Assembly: GCA_037308085.1 (NCBI GenBank)
Contig: CP147779.1
Span: 2,336,001 to 2,400,000, forward strand
Direction of reading: 5' to 3'
Length of the DNA: 64,000 nucleotides
Origin: Promethearchaeati archaeon SRVP18_Atabeyarchaeia-1
GTDB lineage: Archaea > Asgardarchaeota > Atabeyarchaeia > Atabeyarchaeales > Atabeyarchaeaceae
Under the pieces are notes generated by a model that had not been told where the DNA came from, did not search any database, and saw nothing but the letters and a program-made list of their open reading frames with translations. Within the stretch, counting starts at the first letter, position 1, and the number at the start of each line of letters is the position of its first letter. Positions 46,175 to 56,750 of the stretch are shown here, piece by piece. Position numbers and translations under genes: made by a program.

Positions 46175-46699
46175 CTTGCCTCTCGAACTCAAACTTCTCA
46201 CCCACCTCACATAATCGATGAAAGAATCTGACAGATCAATCAGAAACCGGTAAATAACCAACTGAATTTGGACAGTTCATGCGTCCCCTAAGTATATTGT
46301 GGGATCCCTTTTATATTCTGTCCGTTGTTCACCGCTAAGTCAAGCATAGCTACGATTTTGAAGCTGTAATATGGGAGCATGCCCTTGTCCACTCGAAACT
46401 CGATGTAAGCTCGAGGTTATGCGAGCACGACAGTCAAAGCGAGGAACTACTATCCCATAACCAAATGCTGAATGTCGAACTGCATGAGGATTGAACCAGA
46501 AACAGGAGCTTATAGAAGCTGGTGCGACAGGAACCATTCGCCCGCAACCCTCAACTATTTAAAGACGATTAATTTGTACTAGTGACTCGTAGACTCTCAG
46601 CCCTATCGCCTGAGAGGAATACTAGGAAACCCAGAAGTAGTGGTCTATCCACTTATATCGGAAGGTTTCCACGAGGGAAAAAAGAGGTGAACAAGAACA

Positions 46700-47506
46700 A
46701 TGACCAGATTAGCTGGAAAAGTCGCCATAATAACCGGAGCATCAAGAGGAATTGGACAGGCTACGGCTGAACTCTTCGCCAAGGAAGGAGCAGACGTGGT
46801 TGTAGCGGACGTAGCTGATGGAACTGAGACTGTGAACAAAGTCAAGGCTGCTGGAAGAAAAGCGCTTTATGTCAAATGTGATGTCTCGAAAGCTGATGAT
46901 GTCAATAAGATGGTCGAGGCAGCGATAAAGGAATTCAAGAAAGTTGACATCCTAGTCAACAACGCAGGAATACTACGCGACAAGATAATGTGGAACATGA
47001 CGGAACAAGACTGGGATCTCGTTCTAAATGTCAATCTTAAAGGCTGCTGGAACTGCATGAGGGCGGTTGTGCCAGCTTGGCGTGCTAAAGCAAAAGAGGA
47101 CAAGACCTTCAAGGCAAAGATAATCAGTGTGAGTTCAACTTCAGGGACGCATGGAAACTTCGGACAGACAAACTATTCAGCAGCAAAGGCTGGGATCGTA
47201 GGACTGACCAAGACGGTTGCCAAAGAACTTGCAGCAAGCAACGTCTACGCAAACTGTGTAGCACTTGGATTCATTGAGACGGACATGACGAAAGAGACTA
47301 TGCTCTCTATTGGAGCAAAAACCCCTGAACAAGGTTTCCAGATGCAGAAACAGGCAGAGATTGGAATGGGGCGGAACGGAATAATCGCAAACCAGTACCC
47401 GGCAAAGCCGATCGAAGCTGCGAAGCTCATTCTATTCTTGGCTTCCGATGACTCAGATCTCGTAAACGGACAATGCATTGAAGGTACCGCAGGCTGGAAG
47501 ATGTAG
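46700..47506 (+). CDS. SDR oxidoreductase, FabG-like
   Basis: TGASRGIG, NNAGILRD, GNFGQTNYSAAKAG. Confidence 0.93.
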   Translation: MTRLAGKVAIITGASRGIGQATAELFAKEGADVVVADVADGTETVNKVKAAGRKALYVKCDVSKADDVNKMVEAAIKEFKKVDILVNNAGILRDKIMWNMTEQDWDLVLNVNLKGCWNCMRAVVPAWRAKAKEDKTFKAKIISVSSTSGTHGNFGQTNYSAAKAGIVGLTKTVAKELAASNVYANCVALGFIETDMTKETMLSIGAKTPEQGFQMQKQAEIGMGRNGIIANQYPAKPIEAAKLILFLASDDSDLVNGQCIEGTAGWKM

Positions 47507-47732
47507 GTAACGAAAGCGGAATGGCAGAGCGAATCTCTGAGGTTCCCCTTAGAGATTTAGCTGTTCCCAACTTTCTTCCTTTTTCAGATGATCCTCGACC
47601 TCTAATTAGTACCTTTTCTGGCGGAGAAGGCTGCGTTTTTTCTACATGGAAGAGCTGGATCCACCTGACAGCGAAATCGATTTATGTATGATCCGATGAT
47701 CATATAGTCAAAAGTCACGAGATGGTTATAAA

Positions 47733-47837
47733 ATGTCAAAGAAAGCAAAACCAGCACACAGGAAACCAGCCAAGAAGACTGCTGCAAAGCCAAAGAAGAA
47801 GGAAGGATGGTTCAGCAGACACCTCAAGGAGAAATAG
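47733..47837 (+). CDS. 34-aa Lys/Ala/Pro-rich basic microprotein, absent from the ORF track
   Basis: MSKKAKPAHRKPAKKTAAKPKKKEGWFSRHLKEK*. Confidence 0.5.
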   Translation: MSKKAKPAHRKPAKKTAAKPKKKEGWFSRHLKEK

Positions 47838-47897
47838 GATTAATGAATCGCACCAATACTAGCTATTATCTCTGAGGCGAAAGAGGCTGGCAACTGG

Positions 47898-48091
47898 TCT
47901 GATTTGGTTAGATTAGAACCGAGAAGGGGACTGTTGCGGTTTCTTCCAACGACTGGATTTCAAGGTTTCCAGATGCCTAACAAGAGATGGGCATGGGAAA
48001 GAACTCGGTTACCCATGGAGAAATGGGGAGTGTTTGGGGGACGTAAAATGTCCTCCAAGATCACTGGTAAGCTCAATTTTTCCCTTTTTTT
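47898..48091 (+). ncRNA. Candidate structured RNA (multibranch fold plus U-rich terminator)
   Basis: Seven compatible stems found by eye, followed by TTTTTCCCTTTTTTT; no known family recognised. Confidence 0.3.
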
Positions 48092-48318
48092 AATCCTTTA
48101 TGTCGTCTCTTCAGAGCTCACAATATGCTCTCATGACGCGAGATCGTTCCTCAGAGCACTGGTGAGTCATCTCTGTTTTCAAGTACCGTTTTTGGACTGC
48201 GTCTCCGGTTGAGACCCAGGCAAGCCCTAACGCAGATCATTTTTCGGAAGGTAAAAATAGGAGTTGCTCCAAAATGATAGCCTATCCAGCGACCGTATGG
48301 TGGAGGAGGACAAGCTAG

Positions 48319-50004
48319 TTGTCAAAACAGAGTGTCTACGACAAGAAACCTTGGTTGAAATCCTATAGTGAAGGAATCCCAGCGCATATTGAGTACCCGG
48401 AGGTTCAAATGTTCGAGATTATCGAGAAGGGCGCCAGGGAAATACCAGACCAACCTGCAATATACTTCTTTGGAAAGAAAATAACGTATAGGGAACTCAA
48501 GAATTTAACGGAGAGACTCGCTACCGCTTTCGCAGATCTTGGTGTTAAGAAGGGGGATGTTGTGGCCCTGCATCTGCCCAACTACCCGCAGTTCATAATA
48601 GGCTACTTTGCGGCGTTAAGAATTGGAGCGCTCGTTACGTCTCTTAGTTTGCTGGCAACGGCTCCTGAGGCGAGATACCAGCTATCAGATACTGGTGCAG
48701 AGACGATAGTCCTAGACGAGAGATATATGCCCATATTTCAACAAATAAGGGCTGAAACCAAGATCAAAAGGGTAATCCTCACATCACTCCAAGACTTTCT
48801 TCCAGGAAGACCGCCTGTCCACAAGGAGATCCCTGGTGCGCACTGGCTCTTGGATCTCCTCAACAAATACCAGCCTAACCCACCAAAAGTGAAAATCAAT
48901 CCAAAGGAAGATCCAGCAGTTCTGCAATATACGGGCGGAACAACCGGTGTGCCGAAAGGTGCCATACTGACCCACTACAACTTGTACTCGAACGCAGTCC
49001 AGACAATGACTTGGTATAAGATTCTCATCTACGGAAAGGAAATTAACATGGCTAACTTGCCGCTCTTTCACCTTTTTGGCCAGGAATTGGCTATGAATAT
49101 GGGATTGTATAGTGGCAGTATGATCGTCCTAAACCCCGATCCTCGAGACATAGCTTCTCTGTTGAACCTAATCAAGACAACCAAGCCTACCATAATGGCA
49201 GGGGTCCCCACACTCTTCATGAAGATCGTGGACCACCCTGACGTTACAAGCAAGAAAGTGGATTTTGGTTGTTTCAAGGTTTGCGGTAGTGGTGCTGCAC
49301 CCTGTCCACCGGAGTTGATCAAGAAGTTCGGGAGCATAACCAAAGCTTCACTCATTGAGGGCTATGGTATGACAGAAACCTCACCCGTTGTCACCCTGAC
49401 TCCGATGAGCAAGGACGCCAAGATCAAGATTGGCAGTGTAGGTCTACCAGTCCCAGACACGGAAGTCAGACTCGTTGATATTGATACTGGCACGAAGGAG
49501 GTCCCCTTGGGAGAACCTGGGGAGATCGTGGTTCGCGGACCTCAGGTATTCAAGGGATACTGGAACAAGCCTGAGGAGACGAAGAACCAACTGAAGAACG
49601 GGTGGCTCTACACTGGCGACATCGCGAAGATGGATGAAGACGGATACTTCTACATCGTTGACAGAAAGAAGGAAATGGTCATCGTGTCTGGCTACAAGGT
49701 TTATCCGCGTGAAGTCGACGACGTGTTGTATGAGCACCCGGCTGTTCAAATGGCAGCGACAGTTGGTATTCCAGATCCTGAGAAGCCTGGAAGCGAGAAG
49801 GTCAAAGCATTCATAGTACTGAAACCAGGCTACTCGCCAAGCGAGGAGCTCAAGGAAGAGATCATCCGACATGCGCGCAAATCCCTTGCGCCTTACAAGG
49901 TTCCCAAGTTCATAGAGTTCAGAAATGAAGTTCCCACTTCACTCGTCGGAAAGGTGCTGAAAAGACCACTTAAAGAGGAAGAGCAGAGGAAGATCAAGAA
50001 GTGA
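48319..50004 (+). CDS. Long-chain fatty acid-CoA ligase
   Basis: QYTGGTTGVPKG, EGYGMTE, GWLYTGD, IVDRKK, YKVP, VGKVL. Confidence 0.95.
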   Translation: MSKQSVYDKKPWLKSYSEGIPAHIEYPEVQMFEIIEKGAREIPDQPAIYFFGKKITYRELKNLTERLATAFADLGVKKGDVVALHLPNYPQFIIGYFAALRIGALVTSLSLLATAPEARYQLSDTGAETIVLDERYMPIFQQIRAETKIKRVILTSLQDFLPGRPPVHKEIPGAHWLLDLLNKYQPNPPKVKINPKEDPAVLQYTGGTTGVPKGAILTHYNLYSNAVQTMTWYKILIYGKEINMANLPLFHLFGQELAMNMGLYSGSMIVLNPDPRDIASLLNLIKTTKPTIMAGVPTLFMKIVDHPDVTSKKVDFGCFKVCGSGAAPCPPELIKKFGSITKASLIEGYGMTETSPVVTLTPMSKDAKIKIGSVGLPVPDTEVRLVDIDTGTKEVPLGEPGEIVVRGPQVFKGYWNKPEETKNQLKNGWLYTGDIAKMDEDGYFYIVDRKKEMVIVSGYKVYPREVDDVLYEHPAVQMAATVGIPDPEKPGSEKVKAFIVLKPGYSPSEELKEEIIRHARKSLAPYKVPKFIEFRNEVPTSLVGKVLKRPLKEEEQRKIKK

Positions 50005-50076
50005 GGGGCACAGCCTCAATGTGGGATCCCCTTTCCACTTCATCTACCGCCCTTTTTTTCTGGCAAGAGGCGAACT

Positions 50077-50598
50077 TCATTTCGTCTCGGGTTCAAAGGT
50101 AATCTCTTTGGATGAGACTTGAACAATTCCCCCTTGTCTCACTGTTGAGAGGACTACGAAGGTTGTCGTTTTCTCTACAGATGGACGCAGTCTGATCTTC
50201 TCAATTATCTTTTCGAGTCCAGTTGGGCTCTCGCATATCACCCTAATAACGTAATCGAACTCCCCTGTCACAGAGTATATCTCGACTGCCTCTGCGACTT
50301 CGGACAACTCCCTGGCTACATCCTGTTGGCCTCTCTTCGTATTCACCATGATGAAAGCTGCGACCTGTTTGCCGAGTCTTGCGAGATCTAGATTCACGGT
50401 AAAGCTCTTTATAACTCCCGAGTCGGCCAGCTTCCGTATTCTGTTGCGAACAGTTGTCTCCGACAAGCTGAGTCTCTTGGCTATCTCTGCAGCAGGAGTT
50501 CTTGAGTCGCGTTGCAAGAAGGATATTATTATTCTGTCAGTTTCATCTACTGATGACTCTCTGCCAAGTTCATCAGTAGCTTCGACGTCGGTAACCAT
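50077..50598 (-). CDS. Lrp/AsnC family transcriptional regulator
   Basis: DETDRII..LQRDSR, LSETTVRNRI..L...GVI, VTGEFDY; divergent from ilvE. Confidence 0.93.
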   Translation of the reverse strand: MVTDVEATDELGRESSVDETDRIIISFLQRDSRTPAAEIAKRLSLSETTVRNRIRKLADSGVIKSFTVNLDLARLGKQVAAFIMVNTKRGQQDVARELSEVAEAVEIYSVTGEFDYVIRVICESPTGLEKIIEKIRLRPSVEKTTTFVVLSTVRQGGIVQVSSKEITFEPETK

Positions 50599-50807
50599 TC
50601 CGAGTCTCCTCCCTTACTAAACAAAACTTGGAAAAGTGGACGGCAACTTGGTTTTGATGAGAAGCTGACGAATTTGGTTACTGATTCGACAGCTAATCTT
50701 CACTTCGTGTTGTCCTTTTCCAACTCTCGATTACGTATTAGTTGGATGCACGTCTATAAAAGCTTATATCAGTGGGGCTGTTAGCCTTCGTTTAGGGTGT
50801 GCGGAGG

Positions 50808-51725
50808 ATGTCTTCGAAAGAGTACAGCGTGTATGTGAACGGCAAGTTCTATCGAAAGAGCGAAGCCAAGGTCTCAGTATACGATCATGGACTTCTCTAT
50901 GGTGATGGCATCTTCGAAGGAATAAGATCCTACGATGGCGTTGTCTTCCAGCTGGCTGAGCATATCTGCAGGTTGTACCGTTCAGCTAGGGCGATAAAGC
51001 TCGCAATCCCCATCACGATGGAGGAAATGACGAAGGTCGTTGTCGATACACTGAAAGTCAACAAACTAGGGAGTGCGTACATCCGCCTAATTGTCACGAG
51101 AGGCGCCGGAGATCTCGGTGTAGATCCCAAGAAGTGCACGAGCCCGACGATCATATGTATCGCCGAGTCTATTGAAGGAACCTATGGAAAAGAGGCGCGG
51201 GAAAAAGGGATTCGCGTGGGATTCGTCTCGACAAGGAGGGACGTCGTGGACTCGACTACCCACGAAGTCAAGTCACTCAACTACTTGAATAGTATCCTCG
51301 CCAAGATAGATGCAAATGAAGCGGGCTATGACGACGCCATAATGCTCGACCATAGGGGTTACGTGAGCGAGACACCAACAGCAAATGTATTCATGGTCGA
51401 AGGAGCCGACACGGTGGTCACACCGACCACGGCTGCGGGTATTCTCGACGGCATAACCAGAAGAAGAGTGATGAAGATGGCGAAGCATCTCGGATTCAAC
51501 ATGGTCGAAAGGGACATCACGCCTTACGAGTTCATGAGCGCCGACGAGATCTTCTTGACTGGCACAAAGGCTGAGATGGTCCCGGTGGTCAGTGTAAGCG
51601 GAAGGATGATTGGCGACGGCAAAGTTGGCAAGATTACGAAGCGCTTCCTAGACGAATTTGCGAGAATAAGAGAGGATCCCTCAGAAGGAATCTCTATCGA
51701 TTCTTACAGATCAGAGGGGAAGTAG
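50808..51725 (+). CDS. ilvE: Branched-chain amino acid aminotransferase (class IV)
   Basis: DHGLLYGDGIFEGIR, YIRLIVTRG, KSLNYLN, ILDGITR, ADEIFLTGT. Confidence 0.93.
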   Translation: MSSKEYSVYVNGKFYRKSEAKVSVYDHGLLYGDGIFEGIRSYDGVVFQLAEHICRLYRSARAIKLAIPITMEEMTKVVVDTLKVNKLGSAYIRLIVTRGAGDLGVDPKKCTSPTIICIAESIEGTYGKEAREKGIRVGFVSTRRDVVDSTTHEVKSLNYLNSILAKIDANEAGYDDAIMLDHRGYVSETPTANVFMVEGADTVVTPTTAAGILDGITRRRVMKMAKHLGFNMVERDITPYEFMSADEIFLTGTKAEMVPVVSVSGRMIGDGKVGKITKRFLDEFARIREDPSEGISIDSYRSEGK

Positions 51726-51901
51726 GCAGCCTATCTTCTTTTGGCCGCTAGGTCGCATCGAACAGCCGTACAAGACTCTTTCTCGGCAGACTCTGAAAGA
51801 GCTGCATGGAGAATTGATGCCCAAGTATTTGCGCTTGTAGGTGAGAACAACTAGACAAGCTGCTTCTGTGGAAGGCTTTGGCTCTCCTCTTTCGATTGCA
51901 A

Positions 51902-52627
51902 CTAAGGTGTGCCATAGGTCCTGATCTGGTTTTGCGACGCTTGAGCATTGATCTCCAAGGGAGCTTTGAGCTGTTTTGAGTAGACCAGTACATCATCTTC
52001 AAAGACGACCGAGCTGACTTTTCCGGTGTTGGCTGGTTTTACTTCAAACGTTGCTTCCTTCATGTCCTTATCCTTGTCTACCATTTCGTAGTGACCAAAT
52101 CTTCTTTCGATTTGCTCCCGCGAGGCGAATCTTAGTAGGCCAGTGTCTACGCGTTCATACGGAGATCCTTCGTACAACTCGTATGCAACTTTGAACTCAC
52201 TTGGTATGATGTACAAAGTGTATTTCCATGCATCCTTGTTGCCCTTTATGACAAGTGTGTCATCCTTGATCTCGGCGCTGTCGACGTAGATCACTCTTAC
52301 TTCTTCTGCATCTATCTCTACGATCGCTTTTGCCAAGACGGATCTGAAACGAGTGCGGTGCTCCCATGCCTCGGTTTCCTTCTTCGACGGCATCTTTGTG
52401 AATTCCAGGTGTACATGATTACTTATGTTGGTGCCTTTTCCGCCCTTTTCTCCGATGAATCCATTGAATATATGCTGATTTATGACATCCCTTATGTCGG
52501 GAGTCAGGTTTTCGAACCTAGTATCGTCCCGGTTTTTCCAGTCGATACTTATCCAAGACTCTTTTGGCGCCTTCTTTGCCAATCCAGATAACCCTCCGAT
52601 TACTCTGTCGTAATGTTTGTATTTCAC
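51902..52627 (-). CDS. Hypothetical protein
   Basis: 241-aa ORF with no recognisable motif. Confidence 0.6.
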   Translation of the reverse strand: MKYKHYDRVIGGLSGLAKKAPKESWISIDWKNRDDTRFENLTPDIRDVINQHIFNGFIGEKGGKGTNISNHVHLEFTKMPSKKETEAWEHRTRFRSVLAKAIVEIDAEEVRVIYVDSAEIKDDTLVIKGNKDAWKYTLYIIPSEFKVAYELYEGSPYERVDTGLLRFASREQIERRFGHYEMVDKDKDMKEATFEVKPANTGKVSSVVFEDDVLVYSKQLKAPLEINAQASQNQIRTYGTP

Positions 52628-52785
52628 TCACAGGCGAAGCGCTGGCTTCGCACTAGAATAACCTACTACCTAATAATACTCCTTTTGGGCTTTATCAAGT
52701 ATTTCTAGCTCCCTAGCCTTCAGAAAGTGAATTGATGGGGATTTGGATGAGTTCTCATAATATCTGTGCAAGGTATTATGCTTGC

Positions 52786-55554
52786 TCAAGGATTTCTCCT
52801 TATTCTGTGGGGAGAGAAGAGCATCATCTTTAGAGTACTCACGTGGAACGGAAGTGATTCGAAGGTCACTTCCTGAGTGTTTCCGCTTTTTGCGAGCATG
52901 GCTTTGCTGGTGGTTATTTCAGATTCCTCGCACATATTCACCTCGATAACGCCTCTGATGCTCTCGCTTGCCCTTACCTTGCCGCCGACCTTCTTGCTCG
53001 TAGTATTGTAGACTCTGATAATGATCCCTGACCCGTCTTCGGATCTCTTTATGGCGCTTATGAGTATGTTGTCTGGCTCCATGGTGAGGAAGCTCAGCTC
53101 CAGTGGGAGAGAAACTACCTGTGGAGCTCCAGCCTTGACTACTGGTTCATGAAAGTCGCCGGGAACAATGGCTTGCTCTCCTAACACGGCGAATTCGTGG
53201 TCCACAACCTGCACGGTCCTCATCGGAACCCTGTGCTGCATGGATTGAAGGTATGCCTTTGATTCCTCCCATGTCCCCTTGTGTGGAATTACCGAGTAGT
53301 TGAAGATTTGTTTACCCAAGCACTGCGCACCCGGTGTTGGGATTAGTGGACCAGCTGCCGGCCTTGTCGATAGCTGCTCTTGGGACAGCATCCCAACGCA
53401 TCTGAGCAGGGTTACTGCTATTGTGCCCTCTTGCTTCACCTCGTATTCCATCAGCCCCCTTGTAGCGACAGTGACGCCTTTCTCGCAATCGTCTAGGGAC
53501 ACAAATGACTGCATTGAATGCGTGGGGGCGGGACGCTCAAGCCAATTCTTCCCTTCTGGCATCGCGATAGGTCGCTTTATTACGTGGAAAGCTTGGTCAG
53601 CATTTGCGTGATCAGAGGTTATTCCAGTCGGGAATACAACTCTTAGTCTGTGGTCTCCCGCGTTGTTATCTAGTTCTAGGGTGAAATCCACCCTCGGCAC
53701 ACCTGGGCTGACCGAGACAAGACACCTGACTCGGCATGGCACAAGCTGGCTCGATCTTGTCCTCCTATCTTCGGTGGCTCGCGCCGGGAGGGGAAGCTCA
53801 TATTCTGTTTTCAAGGTGGATCTTGCGGGTCCATTCTCAAGAAGCATAACACTCGCGGTCGAGTTCCTGCTCGAGTACAGTTTATCCTCGCCCGGAGGGT
53901 CGTAGTTGTATTCGTCGCCGACGTCCCCTCCGTCTTCCAAGGTGTTGAAGCCCGAGTAAGTGACCGCCGACGCTTTGTCAGTCAGAGTGATGGACCCGTT
54001 TTTCTCAGCTTTCACGCTGAAGTACTCATTCTCTATCGTATCTGCCTGGTGAGGGGATGAGATGGATTCACCCAAGTCTGCACCCTCCATGCCCGTACCC
54101 TTCTTGGATAGCCACCTGACTCGGTATGTCTTGTATCCGCATGACGGCACATCTTTCGCTAGGAATGCCGCATCGAATACCTTCTCCTTGTACGCTGATG
54201 AGTAGACTCTCCCGATCCTCCTTGTCTGGAGCACCGCAAAAGGGACGGGTTTTCCATCCTGGTCTACGATCTCAAATTCATCGGTACTCTTCTTGGCTAA
54301 GATTGTCGTCTCGACGGCGTCGGTTCTGCTCCAGCCCGATGGATTGAACACAACTATGGCATAGTCCGTTGGATCCAATTTGATCATTGAGGCAATTAGG
54401 CAGAGATCATTCTTCAGGACTGCGCCGGCAAGCTGTTCTGCGGATGCAAACCTAGTCATCATTTCGTCGTATACAGGATCTATTCCACAACCACAGATTG
54501 AGTCATGCGGGTGGCACTGTATGGCGTACTTCCAAGCTTGCCAGATCAGACCTTGGTTGTGTCTCCCGCTTAGGCTCCAAGCCCAAGCGTCGAAGGGTTC
54601 AGCCCATTGCTCCAGAAGAGCTTCTATCTCAGCATTCTTTTGCTTCAAGTATGTCCGGGTGGAAGTCACACCTGTGAGGACAGCTTCGTACTTTGAGCCC
54701 CTAAATTCACCTTCAACAACCTGGAGTGAAGGATTCTCAGCCTTGACGAGTGCGAAGTAGTCTGCGAAGCTCCCTATTCTTACCTCGGTTTCAGGGTTAC
54801 TCCTGTTCACGTTCTGGACTACAAGGGGTATGTGCGGCTGAGCCTCAACGTGATCATTGCCATTCATAAGAAGGATATTTCCCGTTGCAGCCTTCTTTTT
54901 CAACATGTCTATAACTCGGGCTACGTAACCGAGTGCGCTTGCCATGTTTGTGCTCACGTCTTTTAGGTTCGCGTAGTGCAGAACAAGCCAGTGGGTTAAC
55001 ACAGATGTGATTCCGTCTGGAGCACGCCAAGTGAACTCGGATCTTAGGGTTTCTCCTTCATCCCCCATGCCCCTTGTGAAGATAGCTGCGTCTATTCCAC
55101 ACCCGCTGAGGATCTGGGGCATTTGGGCTATCTGTCCAAATGCGTCCGGCATATATCCAACCTTCATCACTTTCCCGTACTTCTGGGCCAGTTTCATTCC
55201 TAGGAGCAGGTTCCTTATGTGAGCCTCACCGCTTACAAGGAAGTTGTCGGGTTGAATATAGGCAGGTCCTATGGCTATTCGCCCATCTCGAATGTACTTA
55301 GTTAGCTCTTGCTCACGTTCTGGTCTGACTTCAAGATAGTCTTCGATTGGTGCCACTTGGCCATCCATGGTGAAACAAGTAAACTTGGGATCCTTTGCCA
55401 AGATGGCGAGGAGGTTGTCCATCATCTTCACTAGGCGGGTCCTGAAGACCTGGAAGGGAGAATACCATTCCCGGTCCCAGTGGGTATGAGGGACCAAAAT
55501 GGCCCTTAGCTTCTTGTTACCCCTGACCTTTGTCGACTGCATTTTGCGCGCCAT
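52786..55554 (-). CDS. Glycoside hydrolase family 38 alpha-mannosidase
   Basis: HTHWDREW, MDGQ, PDAFG, NGNDH, HDSICGC, DVGDEY, TLLRCVG. Confidence 0.94.
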   Translation of the reverse strand: MARKMQSTKVRGNKKLRAILVPHTHWDREWYSPFQVFRTRLVKMMDNLLAILAKDPKFTCFTMDGQVAPIEDYLEVRPEREQELTKYIRDGRIAIGPAYIQPDNFLVSGEAHIRNLLLGMKLAQKYGKVMKVGYMPDAFGQIAQMPQILSGCGIDAAIFTRGMGDEGETLRSEFTWRAPDGITSVLTHWLVLHYANLKDVSTNMASALGYVARVIDMLKKKAATGNILLMNGNDHVEAQPHIPLVVQNVNRSNPETEVRIGSFADYFALVKAENPSLQVVEGEFRGSKYEAVLTGVTSTRTYLKQKNAEIEALLEQWAEPFDAWAWSLSGRHNQGLIWQAWKYAIQCHPHDSICGCGIDPVYDEMMTRFASAEQLAGAVLKNDLCLIASMIKLDPTDYAIVVFNPSGWSRTDAVETTILAKKSTDEFEIVDQDGKPVPFAVLQTRRIGRVYSSAYKEKVFDAAFLAKDVPSCGYKTYRVRWLSKKGTGMEGADLGESISSPHQADTIENEYFSVKAEKNGSITLTDKASAVTYSGFNTLEDGGDVGDEYNYDPPGEDKLYSSRNSTASVMLLENGPARSTLKTEYELPLPARATEDRRTRSSQLVPCRVRCLVSVSPGVPRVDFTLELDNNAGDHRLRVVFPTGITSDHANADQAFHVIKRPIAMPEGKNWLERPAPTHSMQSFVSLDDCEKGVTVATRGLMEYEVKQEGTIAVTLLRCVGMLSQEQLSTRPAAGPLIPTPGAQCLGKQIFNYSVIPHKGTWEESKAYLQSMQHRVPMRTVQVVDHEFAVLGEQAIVPGDFHEPVVKAGAPQVVSLPLELSFLTMEPDNILISAIKRSEDGSGIIIRVYNTTSKKVGGKVRASESIRGVIEVNMCEESEITTSKAMLAKSGNTQEVTFESLPFHVSTLKMMLFSPHRIRRNP

Positions 55555-55613
55555 GCCAAATCCCTCGAATAAAGGAGTAGAGCCCGAAAAAACCAGAATC
55601 CTAAGGAACTCTG

Positions 55614-56150
55614 TTAATAGTCTCTTTTCACTATTCTAGGCTCTGAGGGTCTTGCCGCTCTTCTAGCTATCTTTCGCATCTCAGGCGGAGTCTTCTTTTC
55701 GGCTACCCCTTTCGCGGTTCCTGCTACTCTCCTGTGGCGTTCTGAGAGCCCAGCGAGCTCGTTCTGCGCGCTTGTAAGAACTAGCACGATGTCGCCGCTA
55801 ACCTCACTTATCCTGCTCACCGACCTGATGGCTTTTTCAATCTTGGATATAGCTTGATCTGTGAGTTCGGCCTCACTCGGAATCTCGTCCACGGAGGATA
55901 CCGCAGTTGGCTGCGCTGCCCCTGCCGGTATTCCGTGTCCGAGAATAGTGTTATCAGGGGCTTCAACTGCCCGAATAACAAAATCGTTGTCCACCCAAAC
56001 TGTTGTCGCGTGCATCGGGTCACCATGGATGTAAGAAACTGAGATTGGAAGCCTCTTTGCCTGCTCCAGCATTGAACGGTCTATCCTGACCCTTATGAGA
56101 TCTTGGCACTTTGGGCATTTGAGTTCAAGTGTCTTTTGGCTAATACCCAC
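55614..56150 (-). CDS. Hypothetical protein with N-terminal CxxC/H/H putative Zn domain and helical C-terminus
   Basis: CPKC...IHGDPMHATTVWVD..F.IR; starts 9 nt after the Rab-like gene. Confidence 0.7.
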   Translation of the reverse strand: MGISQKTLELKCPKCQDLIRVRIDRSMLEQAKRLPISVSYIHGDPMHATTVWVDNDFVIRAVEAPDNTILGHGIPAGAAQPTAVSSVDEIPSEAELTDQAISKIEKAIRSVSRISEVSGDIVLVLTSAQNELAGLSERHRRVAGTAKGVAEKKTPPEMRKIARRAARPSEPRIVKRDY

Positions 56151-56159
56151 GGCGCCAGA

Positions 56160-56750
56160 TCACCCCTTGGTCTTTTTTGCCAGATTGTACGCGAGCTCCG
56201 CGACCTTTGCGAAAACGGTGTCGACGTTGAGTCCAGTCTTGGATGATACATCAAAGTAACCATTCAACTTGTTCTTGGCTGAGAACTCACTACCATCCTC
56301 TTGCTTGACCGTTCTCTGATCCTTGAGGTCGACCTTCGTGCCCACGAGTACTATGGGTACGTCGCCTGCGTTCTTCCTGATTATGTCGATCCATTCTGGA
56401 AGGTTCTTTACGCTCTGGAATCGAGTTGAATCAAATGCTAAGATGGCGGCGTTTGCCCCTTTGCAGTAAGCTGGGAGAATGAACCTGAAGCGTTCTTCAC
56501 CACCGAAATCCCAGATCTGAAGCTTTATTGACTCACCGTGCAATTGAACTTCCTTGGAAGCGAAACCAACGCCGACTGTGGTTCTGGTGTCATGCTTGAA
56601 GATGCCCTCACAGTACCTGATTATCAATGTGGTCTTGCCTACACCTCCCTCACCAGCAACGACCAGCTTGTAGACGTACTGTCCCATTGTATGAGGAGCA
56701 ACAGTCTTCTCCCGCGCCCTTTCTACGTCTTTCTTCTCTTTCTTAGACAT
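56160..56750 (-). CDS. Rab-like small GTPase
   Basis: YKLVVAGEGGVGKT, TVGVGF, KLQIWDFGGEERFR, YCKGA, LVGTKVDL, VSSKTG.NV; ATG 56750 follows GAGGTG. Confidence 0.92.
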   Translation of the reverse strand: MSKKEKKDVERAREKTVAPHTMGQYVYKLVVAGEGGVGKTTLIIRYCEGIFKHDTRTTVGVGFASKEVQLHGESIKLQIWDFGGEERFRFILPAYCKGANAAILAFDSTRFQSVKNLPEWIDIIRKNAGDVPIVLVGTKVDLKDQRTVKQEDGSEFSAKNKLNGYFDVSSKTGLNVDTVFAKVAELAYNLAKKTKG

